Part shown: positions 4,529-5,897 of the stretch, one piece after another
Layout: each line of letters begins with the position of its first letter
Numbering within the stretch: position 1 is the first letter of the stretch
Source of the DNA: a virus
Strand: one strand, 5' to 3'
Virus record (IMG/VR): IMGVR_UViG_3300002546_000025
Length of the DNA stretch: 5,897 bases
Position numbers and translations under genes: made by a program
The notes under the pieces: generated by a model
The model's database searches: none
The model's input: the letters and a program-made list of their open reading frames with translations, nothing else
Told to the model about the DNA's origin: nothing

Positions 4529-4867
4529 ATGGCTGCCATCGGTAACTTCTTTACAGCGCTGCTAGCCAAGATCGTTGGCTTCGCTAAATGGTTTCTGTCT
4601 GTCTTCACGCAGATATTCAAGGACATCTGGAACATGGCAACGGACCTGGGCTGCTGGTTCGTAGATGGCATGCTTTCCGTGGCCGCAACAGCGTTAAACG
4701 CAATAAACATACCGTTCGATCCTCAGACGTATTACTCAATGATCCCGCCCGAGGTCGGCCAGATGCTCGGCGCAATCGGAGTTACTCAGGCGATAACGAT
4801 CATCGTCGCTGCCCTGGTAATCCGATTCATCCTTCAAACCGTTCCGTTTGTTCGCTGGGGTTCCTGA
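4529..4867 (+). CDS. Minor coat protein, gVI-like, 112 aa, multi-hydrophobic-segment membrane protein.
   Basis: ATG 4529 comes 1 nt after the gIII stop. Its size equals that of M13 pVI (112 aa). It has hydrophobic N-terminal and C-terminal segments, and its position between gIII and gI is canonical. The track's TTG 4481 start would overlap gIII by 47 nt. Confidence 0.7.
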   Translation: MAAIGNFFTALLAKIVGFAKWFLSVFTQIFKDIWNMATDLGCWFVDGMLSVAATALNAINIPFDPQTYYSMIPPEVGQMLGAIGVTQAITIIVAALVIRFILQTVPFVRWGS

Positions 4868-5897
4868 TGATCAACCTGATGCTTGGCCAGCCCGGTGGCG
4901 GCAAGTCGCATGAAGCCGTTGTCTTTCACCTGATCCCCGCGCTTAAGCAAGGGCGCAAGGTCATCACAAACCTCGCCCTGGTAATGGAGAAGTTCCAGGC
5001 TTACTACCCTGAGTATTGCCACCTGATCGAGATACGCGAGCCTTACACCGAGCGCTACATTGACCCGAAGACCAGGGAGGAGGGCAGCCGCCTCGTTCGG
5101 CCGTTCAGCCAGGAGAGCCACTACGGTGACCCATGGCGACAGGAGGAAACCGGGACAGGCCCGCTCTACATCATCGACGAATGCCACTTGGCCCTGCCGG
5201 TTCGTGGAACGCCAATCGAAGTTGAAGAGTGGTACTCACTGCACCGTCACGAAGGCGCTGACGTCCTGTTGATTACCCAGAGCTACGGCAAGATCAACCG
5301 GGCGATCCGCGACCTCGTCCAGGTGGTGTATCGCTGCAAGAAGGCCACCGCGTTCGGTTCGAATGATCGCTACATTCGCAAGGTCCAGGACGGGCTACGC
5401 GGTGAGGTCGTAAACACCTCGATCCGCCAGTACGAGAAAACCTATTTCGGTTTCTGGAAAAGCCACACGCGATCTTCATCAGCCGCTGCCGAGCTTCAGG
5501 CCAACGATATTGTTCCGATCTGGAAGCGCTGGCCGTTCAAGGGCGCAGCCATCATGTTCACGATTGCGGCCTGCATGATCGTCTGGAACCTCAACCGCGA
5601 CACCGGTAAACAACCCCCGCCAGTCAAACGTTCTGAGCCGGCTCCCGTTGTCCAGGTGCAGCAAGAACCCTCTGCGCCGCCTGCCGAAGTCGCTCAGCCT
5701 CGCGGACCTGAGCAGCAGATACACCCGTATCAGGGTTATCAGCTCTTCCTATCGGCAGTTATGAAGGGCGACCGCCCAGACCAGGATGGCAACCTGCGCC
5801 CATACCTCGCCGGATACCTGACCGTCACCCAGAATGGCCAGCCGATCCGGCAGGTCTCGTTCCGCGACCTGACCGACGCTGGCTACACCATCACCTA
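4867..5897 (+). CDS. Zot / gI-like P-loop NTPase (assembly and export ATPase). It is truncated by the window end and continues at 2..211, giving 382 aa in total.
   Basis: It is absent from the ORF track because there is no stop before the window end. Its ATG overlaps the gVI stop (TGATG). Walker A is GQPGGGKSH (aa 7-15) and Walker B-like is LYIIDECH (aa 100-107). A TM segment GAAIMFTIAACMIVW (aa 226-240) is followed by a Pro/Gln-rich linker and a C-terminal domain. This is the Zot-family architecture. Confidence 0.85.
   Translation, partial: MINLMLGQPGGGKSHEAVVFHLIPALKQGRKVITNLALVMEKFQAYYPEYCHLIEIREPYTERYIDPKTREEGSRLVRPFSQESHYGDPWRQEETGTGPLYIIDECHLALPVRGTPIEVEEWYSLHRHEGADVLLITQSYGKINRAIRDLVQVVYRCKKATAFGSNDRYIRKVQDGLRGEVVNTSIRQYEKTYFGFWKSHTRSSSAAAELQANDIVPIWKRWPFKGAAIMFTIAACMIVWNLNRDTGKQPPPVKRSEPAPVVQVQQEPSAPPAEVAQPRGPEQQIHPYQGYQLFLSAVMKGDRPDQDGNLRPYLAGYLTVTQNGQPIRQVSFRDLTDAGYTIT
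5805..5897. repeat. Right copy of the 93-nt exact terminal redundancy.
   Basis: It is identical to 1-93. Confidence 0.95.

Larger units (their letters stand above)
1..5804 (+). mobile_element. Complete circular filamentous-phage (inovirus-like) genome unit of 5804 nt. The window is the circle opened inside the gI/zot-like gene, with 93 nt read twice.
   Basis: Positions 1-93 are identical to 5805-5897, and the reading frame of the 4867.. ORF continues seamlessly into 2..211. The gene order is Rep - ssb - small TM protein - 44-aa coat - terminator - gIII-like - 112-aa gVI-like - Zot-like ATPase, with a divergent small regulator. This is the canonical inovirus layout. Confidence 0.85.

Noticed and set aside
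4834-5724. Minus-strand and alternative-frame ORFs (4834-5187, 5060-5272, 5294-5479, 5479-5724) within the zot-like gene.
   Set aside because: They overlap a gene with clear Walker A and B motifs in the + frame, and their translations are Arg/Gly/Pro-rich noise. An internal in-frame restart analogous to Ff gene XI (for example at Met230) cannot be supported from sequence alone.
1-5897. Scan for tRNA, rRNA, CRISPR arrays, IS elements and toxin-antitoxin pairs.
   Set aside because: No regularly spaced repeat arrays, cloverleaf-like segments, transposase-sized ORFs or terminal inverted repeats were seen. All sizeable ORFs are accounted for by the inovirus gene set.

Overview
The window is one complete, circularly permuted genome of a small filamentous ssDNA phage (Inoviridae-like), or its replicative or episomal form. 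The first 93 nt (1-93) are repeated exactly at 5805-5897. The repeat lies inside one continuous reading frame, so the real unit is a 5804-nt circle that was linearised inside the gI/Zot-like assembly ATPase gene. Every gene but one is on the + strand, in the classic inovirus order. That order is: rolling-circle Rep (gpII/CRI-like, 811-1941), ssDNA-binding protein (gpV-like, 2335-2622), a small hydrophobic virion-cap candidate (2761-2892), a 44-aa leaderless major coat protein (2904-3038) followed by a hairpin terminator, a gIII-like adsorption protein (3166-4527), a 112-aa gVI-like protein (4529-4867), and the Zot/gI-like P-loop ATPase (4867 -> wraps -> 211). A small ribbon-helix-helix-like regulator (480-689, minus strand) is transcribed divergently from rep. 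The region between them carries a sigma70-like promoter bracketed by two copies of a 27-bp repeat and by GCATGC palindromes. No secretin, integrase, tRNA, rRNA or CRISPR array is present. Five things are not explained by the canonical gene set. First, a chain of three ATGA-coupled micro-ORFs (24-aa TM, 28-aa TM, 76-aa Q/R-rich) sits between rep and ssb. Second, a 43-aa, extremely acidic CxxC-N24-CxxC microprotein is coupled to the ssb stop codon. Third, a small acidic ORF occupies the cargo slot between zot and the regulator. Fourth, the gIII-gVI adsorption cassette has clearly lower GC than its flanks, which suggests module exchange. Fifth, there are structured GC-rich intergenic hairpins that may be ori or packaging signals. 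All functional calls rest on gene order, size, composition and motifs read by eye. No database search was possible.
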